From Bdellovibrionales bacterium (GTDB lineage: Bacteria > Bdellovibrionota > Bdellovibrionia > Bdellovibrionales > JAGQZY01), in the NCBI GenBank assembly GCA_031426555.1, contig JANPLN010000023.1, positions 214 to 64,213 of the forward strand: DNA of 64,000 bases. Reading direction: 5' to 3'. The notes under the pieces were generated by a model that saw nothing but the letters and a program-made list of their open reading frames with translations, ran no database searches and was not told the DNA's origin. A program made the translations under genes and the position numbers. Every line of letters starts with the position of its first letter. Within the stretch, counting starts at the first letter, position 1. Below, one piece after another: positions 54,996-64,000 of the stretch.

Positions 54996-55769
54996 ATGAA
55001 AATATCTGGAAATACAATTCTGATCACCGGTGGTGCCTCAGGCATTGGCCTTGCGCTCGCTGAAGAATTTAAAAAACTTGATAATCATGTCATTGTTGCT
55101 GGTCGCTCAAAGGACAAACTCAAAAAAGCAGAGACTTTAGGCTTTACTACATGTTCTGTTGATATGACTGATCATAGCAGCATTCGGTCCATGACTAAAA
55201 AGTTACTGCAAGATTTTCCAAGCTTAAATGTTGTCATCCATAATGCTGGAGTGATGAAAACTGAAAATATTTTGGCAGGAGATAATTCTGCAGCTCAGGA
55301 TGAAACGATTGCCACAAATCTATTGGGTCCCATTCGGCTGACTGACGCCCTCCTTCCCCATCTCCTTAAACAAGAATCCTCCACGATTATGACCGTGACA
55401 TCTGGCTTAGCATTTCTGCCTTTGGCACTCAGCCCCACCTATTGCGCCACTAAGGCCGCATTGCACTCCTACACAGAGAGTCTGCGCTACCAACTGAAAA
55501 AGACGCCTGTGGAAGTCATTGAGTTGCCTCCACCTTACGTACAGACCACTTTGGGCGGTGAGCAACAGGCAACAGATCCGCACGCTATGCCGCTCAAAGA
55601 GTTTATTAGTGAGGTAATGGATATTCTCTCCAAAAAATCCACAGCGGCAGAAGTCTTAGTCAAACGAGTGGAGCCATTAAGATTTTCAGCTGGTGGTGGT
55701 CAAGAAAAATACGATGCTTTTTTTGGACAATTTAACGATGCGATGAGTGCGCACTTCGAATCTCATTAA
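54996..55769 (+). CDS. Short-chain dehydrogenase/reductase (SDR)
   Basis: TGGASGIG, NAG and YCATKAA motifs. Confidence 0.85.
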   Translation: MKISGNTILITGGASGIGLALAEEFKKLDNHVIVAGRSKDKLKKAETLGFTTCSVDMTDHSSIRSMTKKLLQDFPSLNVVIHNAGVMKTENILAGDNSAAQDETIATNLLGPIRLTDALLPHLLKQESSTIMTVTSGLAFLPLALSPTYCATKAALHSYTESLRYQLKKTPVEVIELPPPYVQTTLGGEQQATDPHAMPLKEFISEVMDILSKKSTAAEVLVKRVEPLRFSAGGGQEKYDAFFGQFNDAMSAHFESH

Positions 55770-55944
55770 TTCACAGAACATCTTTGGCTGTTTTGGTACA
55801 ATGAATTGATCAAAAATAGCTTCCACGGTGGCTTGTCCGCAGCCAATATGACAGATGCGAAGAATATCAAAGGAAAACGATTTCTTTCAAGAAATCAATA
55901 AATAGTAAAATGCTGAAAGGGAGGATTTTCATCCCTTGAGGCTC

Positions 55945-57381
55945 TTAACGTATGAGCGCATCTCCGCATCTCAGTAACTCAGATTTGTGTTCGCCATTGT
56001 TCGGTTGTAAAGCCAGTTGTAAAGCGGCATCCCGCAAAGCTGTGCGCAGTCCCTCTTCGATCACCGGATGATAAAATGGCAACTTCAACGCCTCAAAAAC
56101 GGTGAGCTTTAAAGAAATCGCCCAAGCGATAAGATGGGCTAAATGTTCGCCATCCGGGGCCTGAAGCTCTGCTCCTAAAATCGTGCCGGTAGGATCATCG
56201 ACATAAATGTGGAGCAACCCCTGTTCTTTCAGCTTAACAATACTCCGCCCTTGGCCTTCGAAAGAAACTTTACCGGTCACAAAAGAATCTTGATCGTTCT
56301 TGAGTTGTGAATAATGTTTTCCGACGACGGCGATATTAGGCTCCGAAAAGGTAATTGCCAATGGCGTGCGACGCCGAAAGCACTGCTCCTCGTTAACAGC
56401 ATTGTAACCCGCAATGGTACCCTCGTCCGCGGCTTCGTGCAAAATGGCTCGACCGGCATTGGCGTCGCCAGGCAAAAATAGATGTGGCGCCTGTTTCAAC
56501 TTCATTGTGTTCATATCAACGTCGGGCATCCCTTTTTTATCAAGCGCGATTCCTAAATTCTGCAAACCCAATTTATCGACGTTGGCTCTACGACCCACGG
56601 TTGCTATGATTTTATCAACTTCAAAAACTTTTCCGTCGGCGCTCACTTGAATTTTGCCGGCAGTGGTTTTTCCTACCAGCGTGGCCCCTGTAAAATAAAC
56701 CGGCATCTCAGCGCTCAACTTTTGCGCCACATAGTCTTGCAGATCTGGATCACTCAATCCACCGATGGCTTTACCAACCGTCACACCAATAACTTTGACT
56801 CCCAACTTATGGAGCGCTTGGCCAATCTCTACGCCAATCACACCTAATCCGATAACGGCCACGGCTTGAGGGAGTTCTGGCAGTTCGAAAAAAGAATCTG
56901 TATCGATTAAAAAATCTTGATAGGGCAACCATTCTACCGGAAGGATTGGCCGTGATCCTGTAGCGATAATAATCTTATCCGCTTTCACAAGCTCTCCGCC
57001 AATCTCCAGCGTATGAAGGTCCTTAAACTGCGCTCTTTTCGGTATCAACTTATCAGACCATGCGTCCATAGAAGTTTTAACACCTTTCACAAAACGATCG
57101 CGCAAAGCGCGCACATGAGTCATGACAAGTGTGGAATCAACACTCAGTTGGTTGCCCCCCATAATTCCCATCTGCTCCATCTTTTTTCTGCGATCGAAGT
57201 CATTGGCAACCTGGATGAGCACTTTGGATGGCATACAGCCCACTCGTGCGCACGTTGTGCCGAGAGGGCCGTCATCTACGACGATATAGTTTTGCGTTTT
57301 TTTGGCCACTTCTTTGCGCGCCGTTAAACCCGCAGTTCCGGCGCCAATAATGACAACATCGTAGTGTTTCATCAAGACCAC
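55945..57381 (-). CDS. FAD-dependent pyridine nucleotide-disulfide oxidoreductase (dihydrolipoamide dehydrogenase / glutathione-reductase-like)
   Basis: GAGTAG FAD fold, redox-active GTTCARVGCMPSK (CxxxxC), a second GxGxxG, and a C-terminal dimerisation domain with HP. Confidence 0.8.
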   Translation of the reverse strand: MVLMKHYDVVIIGAGTAGLTARKEVAKKTQNYIVVDDGPLGTTCARVGCMPSKVLIQVANDFDRRKKMEQMGIMGGNQLSVDSTLVMTHVRALRDRFVKGVKTSMDAWSDKLIPKRAQFKDLHTLEIGGELVKADKIIIATGSRPILPVEWLPYQDFLIDTDSFFELPELPQAVAVIGLGVIGVEIGQALHKLGVKVIGVTVGKAIGGLSDPDLQDYVAQKLSAEMPVYFTGATLVGKTTAGKIQVSADGKVFEVDKIIATVGRRANVDKLGLQNLGIALDKKGMPDVDMNTMKLKQAPHLFLPGDANAGRAILHEAADEGTIAGYNAVNEEQCFRRRTPLAITFSEPNIAVVGKHYSQLKNDQDSFVTGKVSFEGQGRSIVKLKEQGLLHIYVDDPTGTILGAELQAPDGEHLAHLIAWAISLKLTVFEALKLPFYHPVIEEGLRTALRDAALQLALQPNNGEHKSELLRCGDALIR

Positions 57382-58107
57382 TTAAGATAACATTTTCTTA
57401 AGTTTATCGGCGCCGCCAATTCTTTCGCCGTTCATAAAGATTTGTGGAACTTGGGTGCCTCCACTAATCGCCATCAGCGTTTTGATGCTGTAGTCCTTAC
57501 CCAAAACATGCTCTGCAAACTGCATATTGTTTTTCTTAAGGAGCTCTTTCGCTGCAAAACAATGCTCGCAACCAGGGCGCGTGAAAATGGCGACGGATTT
57601 AGAAATATCGGCCTTTAAATACTTCAGCATCGTCTCGGCCGTCGAGGCGTCAAACGGATCTCCTGGGACTTCTTGCTCTAAAAACATTTTTTCGATAACC
57701 CCATTGTTGACGAGCATCGAATACCGCCACGTCCGTTTCCCAAAACCAATGGCACTTTTATCCACAAGCAAACCTAGTTTTTCAGAAAACTCCCCATTAC
57801 CGTCAGGCAACATCGTCAATTTGTCGGCGTGCTGGTCTTCTTTCCATGCATTCATCACAAACGTATCGTTCACTGATAAACAAATGACGTCGTCGATTCC
57901 AGCTTTTTTAAAGTCTTCATAGAGCTCGTTATAGCGCGGTAAGTGCGTGGATGAGCATGTTGGGGTGTAAGCTCCCGGCAGGCCAAATAACACAACTTTT
58001 TTATTCTTAAAGAAATCATCGGTTGTTTTTTCAACCCACTGATATCCAGCCCGTGTTTTAAACACGACATTCGGTACTTTTTGTCCAGTTTGATCTTTTA
58101 AACTCAT
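57382..58107 (-). CDS. Peroxiredoxin (Prx5-type)-glutaredoxin hybrid
   Basis: Start at ATG 58107 after GAGGAGG. FGLPGAYTPTCS is the Prx5 active site, and the C-terminal RPGCEHCFAAKELL is the Grx CxxC. The stop abuts the start of the downstream reductase. Confidence 0.8.
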   Translation of the reverse strand: MSLKDQTGQKVPNVVFKTRAGYQWVEKTTDDFFKNKKVVLFGLPGAYTPTCSSTHLPRYNELYEDFKKAGIDDVICLSVNDTFVMNAWKEDQHADKLTMLPDGNGEFSEKLGLLVDKSAIGFGKRTWRYSMLVNNGVIEKMFLEQEVPGDPFDASTAETMLKYLKADISKSVAIFTRPGCEHCFAAKELLKKNNMQFAEHVLGKDYSIKTLMAISGGTQVPQIFMNGERIGGADKLKKMLS

Positions 58108-58271
58108 AGTTACCTCCTCGTTATGAGGTTCAATATAGCATCCCAAGCTTACGTACGCATAAAAAAAGTCATAAAGGACAGATAAAATTTTCATTAAATT
58201 GCAATCTTAAGCGTTTTAAAGATCCGGCGTGCTAAAACCAAGCCAAACCTTAGGACTTCGGAGATCAATAA

Positions 58272-58634
58272 TTGCTTAGATTCCTTCTAATTATTATAGC
58301 GATGCTCACACAAACCGCCGAGGCTAATTGGATTGGTCGCACTTGCACATTTATTTTTAGTAAGATCGCTGTCGATGATCCATACCAGTATGAAGAGGTC
58401 AGGACTGACGCACTTTTACTTTACTATGAACAGCACGGAGTTAAGGGCACATGGGGAAGCCTTCAGCCACAGGAAGCCATCACCATGAACATCATCGGAG
58501 CAGAGCTGCGCTGGCGTCTAGAGCCTGTGATGATTCAATTTGAGCTTCCACAAAATATTGAACGCATTACACTTGCCATGGAGCTCTATCAAGAGTTTGA
58601 GGGCGAAGCTGTGTATGCGAAGGGTAGAAGATGA
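58272..58634 (+). CDS. Hypothetical secreted protein
   Basis: TTG start, signal-like MLRFLLIIIAMLTQTAEA. No motif. Confidence 0.4.
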   Translation: MLRFLLIIIAMLTQTAEANWIGRTCTFIFSKIAVDDPYQYEEVRTDALLLYYEQHGVKGTWGSLQPQEAITMNIIGAELRWRLEPVMIQFELPQNIERITLAMELYQEFEGEAVYAKGRR

Positions 58635-58714
58635 CCCACTCCCATGATGTGGCGCGATTCGTTATTAAACTCTCTACCTCAAAAGCTGCATTTCACACGT
58701 TATGAGGAATCAGA

Positions 58715-59626
58715 ATGCTTTTGCGCTTTTCATTTAAGCTTTTCGCTCTCTCTTTATTTTTTATCTCTTACTCTCAGGTCAATGCGGCTACCCAGATAGC
58801 TAGCCAGATAACTGGCAAGATCAGCTGTGTTGAGATTTTCGATAGCGAGTTGAACCAAGCTGAATTCGCGAGTCTGGAAATGGTCGGACAAATTGTCGCG
58901 CAAAAGACCGCGCAAAAAATCAGTCACGAAGCGAGTTCGCTTGCTGAGGTTGAGCTAGCTAAAAAAGGAATCTCCGGCCCGCAGAAACGCGGTTATGCCA
59001 TCCTCATCGGTTCAATGGTTGGAAGCGCGGCCCTCACAACTTACGCTGGATCCCATCTCAGTTCCGATCTTCAGTTTTTGTCCATCTTCCTCGCTCAAGT
59101 CTCCACACTGGGAGTCTACGTGGTCGGTGCGCCGATATGGGAGCCGATTTCTTCTCGATTTCGACAAATGGCATTTGGCATTGGTAAAGATTCATCGCTA
59201 GATGCCGTCGGCTTAAATCCGCAGCTCGAAGCGACCTGGCTTCGAACGCAAGAAAGCTACAGCCTGAATGCGCAGATGAGTCGTAACATCATCAGTCAGT
59301 TTATTGTTTCCGTAAAACAGAACTTCTACGAAGCACAGCGTGCTTACTCGACAAATGACAACAATTTTTCGGCGGACCAAGTTGCCGAGGCTGCATTTCG
59401 ACTTAAGATTCTTTTTAAGGAAATCAGCCCCGATGACGTCTCGGTTGCGGCTGCTATCAATTCTGCTTTTACGAATCACATTGTAGTTGATTCGACCTTT
59501 GTCGAATTGGTTTGGAGCAAAATAAGAATTCTCGATCCAAACTTCGACTTAGTTGAAAACCGCCAGTACTACCGCTTGGCGCTTCAATCCTGGTTGAAGA
59601 TGCCAGTAAACCAAATTCCCGATTAA
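58715..59626 (+). CDS. Hypothetical secreted/membrane protein
   Basis: Signal peptide ...SQVNA and two central hydrophobic helices. No motif. Confidence 0.5.
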   Translation: MLLRFSFKLFALSLFFISYSQVNAATQIASQITGKISCVEIFDSELNQAEFASLEMVGQIVAQKTAQKISHEASSLAEVELAKKGISGPQKRGYAILIGSMVGSAALTTYAGSHLSSDLQFLSIFLAQVSTLGVYVVGAPIWEPISSRFRQMAFGIGKDSSLDAVGLNPQLEATWLRTQESYSLNAQMSRNIISQFIVSVKQNFYEAQRAYSTNDNNFSADQVAEAAFRLKILFKEISPDDVSVAAAINSAFTNHIVVDSTFVELVWSKIRILDPNFDLVENRQYYRLALQSWLKMPVNQIPD

Positions 59627-59648
59627 GAAGAAGCTTACACCCACTTCT

Positions 59649-60071
59649 TTATCGGCTCCGAGACTTAAGTATTTTTACAAATACAAATGAGAAGAAAATA
59701 AAACACATCCAGTCGTTAATTCCGTAAATTGAATAGAATAATCCGGCCATCCAATCTTTTGCAAATACGTCGGAAAGCTCATTATTAAACTGCCATTTTA
59801 TCCAAATATATCCATAAATAAATTTCTCTAAAACAAAAGTGCCAACAAGCCACTTCAGTTGCTCGAATTCTTTTGCGACAGATATGTAAGCCAGTCCCCA
59901 AACAACAATCATGAGGAGCCCAAAATTGGACATGACTACTGGATCAAATTCGTGAATTGTCGCATTCGTGAAAAGCCTTGAAAGTATCGTGACTCCAAGA
60001 ATGTTCATGAGTCCTGCGAAAATAAACCCAAGGCTGATTGCTTTTTTGTTCATAAAGTTCTTTGTGTTCAT
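59649..60071 (-). CDS. 4-TM membrane protein, hypothetical
   Basis: 140 aa, Trp-rich hydrophobic helices. Confidence 0.5.
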   Translation of the reverse strand: MNTKNFMNKKAISLGFIFAGLMNILGVTILSRLFTNATIHEFDPVVMSNFGLLMIVVWGLAYISVAKEFEQLKWLVGTFVLEKFIYGYIWIKWQFNNELSDVFAKDWMAGLFYSIYGINDWMCFIFFSFVFVKILKSRSR

Positions 60072-60134
60072 ATAATTCTTGTTACAAAAATTTCGAATAT
60101 ATTTACACCAGCGCTCTGACGGAATTCAAAAACA

Positions 60135-60815
60135 CTATTTCGTTTTTTCCGCAGAAAGCTTTTGTAGCTCTTCGTAACCAGGGAGTGACGACAGATCAGG
60201 GACAATCACGATTTCGATACGACGATTGAGAGCTTTGCCTTCAGGCGTGTCGTTAGTAGAAATCGGCTGCGCATCCGCAAAACTTGCCGCACTTAAACGC
60301 GTGGTGGGCATCGAATTTTGCATCATCGTTTTCACAACTGTCAGCGCCCGTGCCGAAGCTAATTCCCAGTTCGACGCAAACGCCGCCGTTGAAATTGGAA
60401 CATTGTCCGTGTGTCCTTCCACTTGATATTTTTTATCAGGAATCGACACCAACTGCGCCGTCACATCTTTAATCGTCTGCTGACCTTTGTCAGAAAGTTT
60501 AGCCGAGCCCGAGGGGAAAAGCACATCGGAACCCAAACTCACCACCATTTTACCTTCGACCATGCGAACAGAGAGTGTTCCTGCGTTGATCAACTTTTTA
60601 AATTTTTTCGTCAAATCAGTAAATTCTTGCAGTCTTTTCTTTTGCTCTTCCTCACGCGCCTGCATTTCGCTGAGAGCTTTTTGCGTCTCCGCCAAAGAGG
60701 CCTTAAGCTCCCCACGCTCTTTATCGATCATGTTCTTTTCACTCATAAGTTCTTTATGAGTCTTGTTAGAAACACACCCTGCCAATAACAGAATAACTAA
60801 AATTGCCTTTTTCAT
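60135..60815 (-). CDS. OmpA/MotB-family peptidoglycan-binding lipoprotein with coiled-coil
   Basis: Lipobox LLAGC, coiled-coil, GHTDNVPI...NWELASARA...NRRIEIV. Confidence 0.85.
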   Translation of the reverse strand: MKKAILVILLLAGCVSNKTHKELMSEKNMIDKERGELKASLAETQKALSEMQAREEEQKKRLQEFTDLTKKFKKLINAGTLSVRMVEGKMVVSLGSDVLFPSGSAKLSDKGQQTIKDVTAQLVSIPDKKYQVEGHTDNVPISTAAFASNWELASARALTVVKTMMQNSMPTTRLSAASFADAQPISTNDTPEGKALNRRIEIVIVPDLSSLPGYEELQKLSAEKTK

Positions 60816-60923
60816 TAAAACCTCACGATTTGTTTTATTTATCGTAAGCGTCCAACAAGAAGCGAGTCAATAGAATAGGTTGCTGAAATTTTAGCCGCCT
60901 GCACCTCTATTTTTTTAGAAAAC

Positions 60924-61478
60924 TTAGTGCGCCCGGAGGGACTTATTGAGCGGCGTAGAGCCCGGGCACTTGCTGGCGAGTTTGGCCTTGGGGGAGTTTA
61001 TAAAGTCGATGATTCCGCCGTTAGTTGGTTTTTCTAAATAGGCCTCAAGGATGTCTGTTAGGCAACGGCAGTAACCATCTGCGGTGAGTGGGTCGGATAA
61101 CTTTCCCTCTTCAAACTTTGCTACCGTCTCTATGCAGAACAGATAAAAATTCTTTCGTTGTGGCACAGTCCATCTCGCACTTGGCAGTGCGTTGTTTTCG
61201 GCGGGCCTTTTGCGACGATGGTACTCGTCGCGACATGGGTGAAACTTTTCGATCTGGGTATTCAGAAGTTCCGTGATTGCCGCATCGTTGGGGTGCGGGA
61301 GGTGCTCCTCCAGTTTGTCGACGATGCACGCACACACGTCGTGGGCCAGCACAGGATCTTGCAGGAAGCCTGCTTGGAAGTCCGAGACTTCGTGCAGGCA
61401 CTGCATGTAGTTGAGTTTTCGCGAAGAATCCGTCCACTCAGCCAGCGCGAGTTGCAACGCTAGCATCACAAACATCAT
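60924..61478 (-). CDS. Secreted Cys-containing protein with internal duplication, hypothetical
   Basis: Two ~80-aa halves share the C..V..F..G.L.DP...D..C.C..D.LE..L pattern. Confidence 0.5.
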   Translation of the reverse strand: MMFVMLALQLALAEWTDSSRKLNYMQCLHEVSDFQAGFLQDPVLAHDVCACIVDKLEEHLPHPNDAAITELLNTQIEKFHPCRDEYHRRKRPAENNALPSARWTVPQRKNFYLFCIETVAKFEEGKLSDPLTADGYCRCLTDILEAYLEKPTNGGIIDFINSPKAKLASKCPGSTPLNKSLRAH

Positions 61479-61505
61479 AACAACCTCCCTGTTCGTTTAA
61501 AATTC

Positions 61506-62111
61506 TTACTGGTCAGCCACGTCCGTATTTTTTTGCACGGGCGCAAAGAATTCTTTCTGGCGATTGCGAACCGCTTGAGCAACTTCTTCGCTCACTTGGA
61601 TCAGATTGCTCAAAAGTTGACTCTTTAAGCGCTGATAATCGCTGTTTTTCATTTTGGACAAAACAAAACAATCGATGCGCTCCACATCGCCAATTACATA
61701 GCGCTCAAAGTACTGCTCCGAGATCCCAAGGCCTTGCAGCCGCCCTTTAAACTCCGAGCGAAAGCTTTTGCTAAGCAAAGGATCTGCTCCTTCCGACAAC
61801 CCTTCACCGGCCAGGTTGAGTTCGCCCGTGATGTCGTCCTTAAGGGACGTTAAAAGCGATTCCTTCAAATCCACCTTTGCTAAGTCGTAGCAGCTGTTAA
61901 TGCGCTGATCGCCGCGAATGGTGTACTGCGAGCGAAGGTGCACCTGATCGCCATCAAGCCAACTCATCGTGGTTCCAGTGGCCCAGTTGGGGCGACCGTT
62001 GGCGTTTGAGTCCAGCACCTTGCGCTCCGTTTGCATGCTTGCGCAGCCGGTGATCAAAATGCTGGCCAGCAAAATTTGTCTTAGATTCTTTTTCTTCATA
62101 ACTACCTCCAT
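61506..62111 (-). CDS. Lipoprotein, hypothetical
   Basis: Lipobox LITGC. No motif. Confidence 0.5.
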   Translation of the reverse strand: MEVVMKKKNLRQILLASILITGCASMQTERKVLDSNANGRPNWATGTTMSWLDGDQVHLRSQYTIRGDQRINSCYDLAKVDLKESLLTSLKDDITGELNLAGEGLSEGADPLLSKSFRSEFKGRLQGLGISEQYFERYVIGDVERIDCFVLSKMKNSDYQRLKSQLLSNLIQVSEEVAQAVRNRQKEFFAPVQKNTDVADQ

Positions 62112-62186
62112 GGTAATTGGTTGGTTTTTATAAAACGCTCAATGCGAAAGTTTTATTTTTCATCAAAAAGCTTGTGGGTCATGCAC

Positions 62187-62378
62187 TTAATCTGGGTGAT
62201 AGATCTTGTAGATTTTTTCTTCGTCGATTTTATGTTGTTCAGCTAGCATTTCGCTTTCGACTTTCCACTTTTCGGGATCGGGCATAAGTTTACAATTATC
62301 GATTGCGTACTTTGCTTCCACTTCTTTCATTTTTTTGTTTTTGCTTGTGTAGCTCTCATTTCTTATCGCTGATACCAA
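62187..62378 (-). CDS. Small hypothetical protein (63 aa)
   Basis: ORF only. Charged, no motif. Confidence 0.3.
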   Translation of the reverse strand: MVSAIRNESYTSKNKKMKEVEAKYAIDNCKLMPDPEKWKVESEMLAEQHKIDEEKIYKIYHPD

Positions 62379-62393
62379 CTTATCCTGCTTCGA

Positions 62394-62912
62394 TTAAAAA
62401 AATTCGCCGATCGCTGCTCCAAAAGCCAAGCCTACGAAGCCAACAAACATGAGTATTCCCGCTCCGCAAAAAAGAAAACTACAGCCCACATAAACAGCTC
62501 GCCAGATACGGCGCTCGCTTCGAAATTGCAAAAACCTCTGTGCCGTCGCAATGCCTTCGAAGGCCTGCGGACTGTAAACCCAATGAAAAAAGCTGTAATA
62601 AATAAAGGTGCCGTGCAGAATCGAGAGAACTACGATGGATAGAAATGTCCCAAACGCTTCTTTTCTGTAACCGTGTTTGGCAAATTCAACCAACCCAAGA
62701 ACGACGGGAATCAATATGCTAAGAACGAATCCGGCCTTGCCTGCAAATCGCGTCTGTAATATTTCTGGCTCTGTTTGTGGACTCAGGGTCTTCATATAAA
62801 ACGCCATGGCAATACCAAAAATAGCCAACTGGATGCCAATGAGCATGGGATCCGTTAATCCCATAATATGCCCACCATCAAAGTAGAACATGAGCCCAAA
62901 AACCAAAAACAA
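62394..62912 (-). CDS. Polytopic membrane protein, hypothetical
   Basis: Five hydrophobic helices. Start uncertain. Confidence 0.45.
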   Translation of the reverse strand: MFLVFGLMFYFDGGHIMGLTDPMLIGIQLAIFGIAMAFYMKTLSPQTEPEILQTRFAGKAGFVLSILIPVVLGLVEFAKHGYRKEAFGTFLSIVVLSILHGTFIYYSFFHWVYSPQAFEGIATAQRFLQFRSERRIWRAVYVGCSFLFCGAGILMFVGFVGLAFGAAIGEFF

Positions 62913-63205
62913 GATCAGATAGCGAACAACACCTGATTAAAAGCATAGAACCTCCGTGTGAGTTCTAAGCTAACAAAAGGATGTGTCATGGGAGGTCACT
63001 GGGATAAAACGCTATCCCGCTTTGAGATATAATTTTCGGAGGAGATCGCAAAAGATCAAATCAGCAAATTCACCAGTCAATGAATGGTTAGTAAAAGTTA
63101 AATCCGTCTTACTTTCTTTATATGCCTATCTATCGCAAATTTATCTCTTGGCGCCACCACAATTACGCAGTAGTTTCATGCAATAACCTAATAAAGGAGA
63201 TACTC

Positions 63206-63715
63206 GTGAAATTAATTTCGATGATTGTAACATTACTTGCTTTGTCTGGCTCGGCTTGGGCTTACGATAAAAGTGGAACTCAAAAAACTAGCGCAACCAT
63301 GGACATCGTGGATACAGCTGTAGGCGCTGGACAATTTAAAACTCTAGCCGCTGCTCTCCAAGCAGCAGATTTAGTAACAACGCTCAAAGGCGCTGGACCA
63401 TTTACTGTATTTGCACCCACAGACGCCGCTTTCGCGAAGCTCCCAAAGGGAACGATCGAAAAGCTCTTGAAGCCCGAAAACAAAGGTATGTTGGTTAAGA
63501 TTTTAACTTACCACGTAGTCCCAGGTTCGATTATGGCTAAAGATGTTAAAGCGGGTAAAGCAAAAACAGTTGAAGGCAAAGACATCACAATCAGCACAGC
63601 TGGCGGTGTGACTCTTAACGGTTCTTCAAAAGTAACAACGACTGATATCAGTGCTACAAACGGCGTGATCCACATTATCGACTCCGTTATCCTACCACCA
63701 GGAACGAAGCTCTAA
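63206..63715 (+). CDS. Secreted fasciclin (FAS1) domain protein
   Basis: GTG 63206 after AAGGAG. Signal peptide ...GSAWA. FTVFAPTDAAFAKLPKGT and NGVIHIIDSVILPP are FAS1 H1/H2 motifs. Confidence 0.85.
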   Translation: MKLISMIVTLLALSGSAWAYDKSGTQKTSATMDIVDTAVGAGQFKTLAAALQAADLVTTLKGAGPFTVFAPTDAAFAKLPKGTIEKLLKPENKGMLVKILTYHVVPGSIMAKDVKAGKAKTVEGKDITISTAGGVTLNGSSKVTTTDISATNGVIHIIDSVILPPGTKL

Positions 63716-63749
63716 GCTTTAGTTCTAATTATTTTGAGTGCCTAAAAAA

Positions 63750-63774
63750 GCGAGAAGAGATTCTCGCTTTTTTA
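63750..63774 (+). terminator. Rho-independent terminator after the fasciclin gene
   Basis: GCGAGAA-gaga-TTCTCGC followed by TTTTTTATT. Confidence 0.7.
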
Positions 63775-63886
63775 TTGTCTAAAATCAGTTTAAAATCGAT
63801 GTACTCAACTTTTTGCTGTCGCGTTCCGGCTTATTTCTAACGAATGAGTACACTAACGAGGCAAAAGCGCGTACTTTCATGAATCT

Positions 63887-64000
63887 ATGACTCCACTGCA
63901 GAATAACAAAGCGGCTCTCAATCTCGATAAGTATTATTATATCGAGAATTTCGAAAAACTATTGAAAAAAGTTTTAGAGTCTCATGCGCCAAGTCTGTCG
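63887..64000 (+). CDS. Hypothetical protein, N-terminal fragment (runs off window)
   Basis: ATG 63887, open for 38 codons to the window end (MTPLQNNKAALNLDKYYYIENFEKLL...). Confidence 0.3.
   Translation, partial: MTPLQNNKAALNLDKYYYIENFEKLLKKVLESHAPSLS

Overview
This is a 64-kb bacterial chromosomal window in three parts. All product calls come from reading the supplied translations and the DNA for motifs and architecture; no database search was possible, and I cannot assign taxonomy.

(1) 1-13.8 kb is relatively GC-richer core DNA, mostly on the minus strand. It carries an NFACT/DUF814 protein that runs off the window and is absent from the ORF track, a THUMP RNA methyltransferase, a beta-helix lipoprotein, and ETF-ubiquinone oxidoreductase. 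It also carries a C-N hydrolase, an L24-like/L28/S18 ribosomal mini-cluster, two metallophosphoesterases and an outer-membrane (OM) barrel. It ends at tRNA-Pro(UGG), 13852-13928.

(2) 13.9-48.4 kb is a visibly AT-richer element of about 34.5 kb that I interpret as an integrative conjugative element (ICE) inserted in the 3' end of tRNA-Pro.
- It is bounded by an 11-bp direct repeat, CCCGACCAATT (13921-13931 and 48367-48377).
- Xis and a tyrosine integrase sit at the right end.
- It has a Trb-ordered type IV secretion system (T4SS): VirB2, B3, B4, B5-like, B6 and B8, then cargo, then VirB9, B10, VirD4 and a lipoprotein.
- There is no recognisable VirB11 or canonical relaxase.
- A large metal-resistance module holds an ECF sigma/anti-sigma pair, MerP-like and MerT-like proteins, a multicopper oxidase fused to a CopB-like barrel, CsoR, a CopA P-type ATPase, and CusA plus a TolC-like protein without a membrane-fusion protein. 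Several His-rich or N-terminal-His secreted proteins accompany these.
- An ars operon, a membrane-anchored HNH protein and an AbiEi/AbiEii pair are wedged inside the T4SS cluster.

(3) 48.4-64 kb is core DNA again. It holds the displaced tRNA terminator, a hairpin-dense tRNA-related intergenic segment, a zinc peptidase, a porin, a PAS histidine kinase, a Cys-paired repeat lipoprotein and an SDR. It also holds a Prx-Grx hybrid with a disulfide reductase, an OmpA-family lipoprotein, a fasciclin protein and several hypotheticals.

The most unusual items:
- The composite ICE itself, including its relaxase-less transfer module with a candidate oriT.
- The RND pump that lacks an adaptor but is translationally coupled to a small N-terminal-His protein.
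- The MCO-CopB fusion.
- A ToxR-like membrane regulator paired with an XRE repressor.
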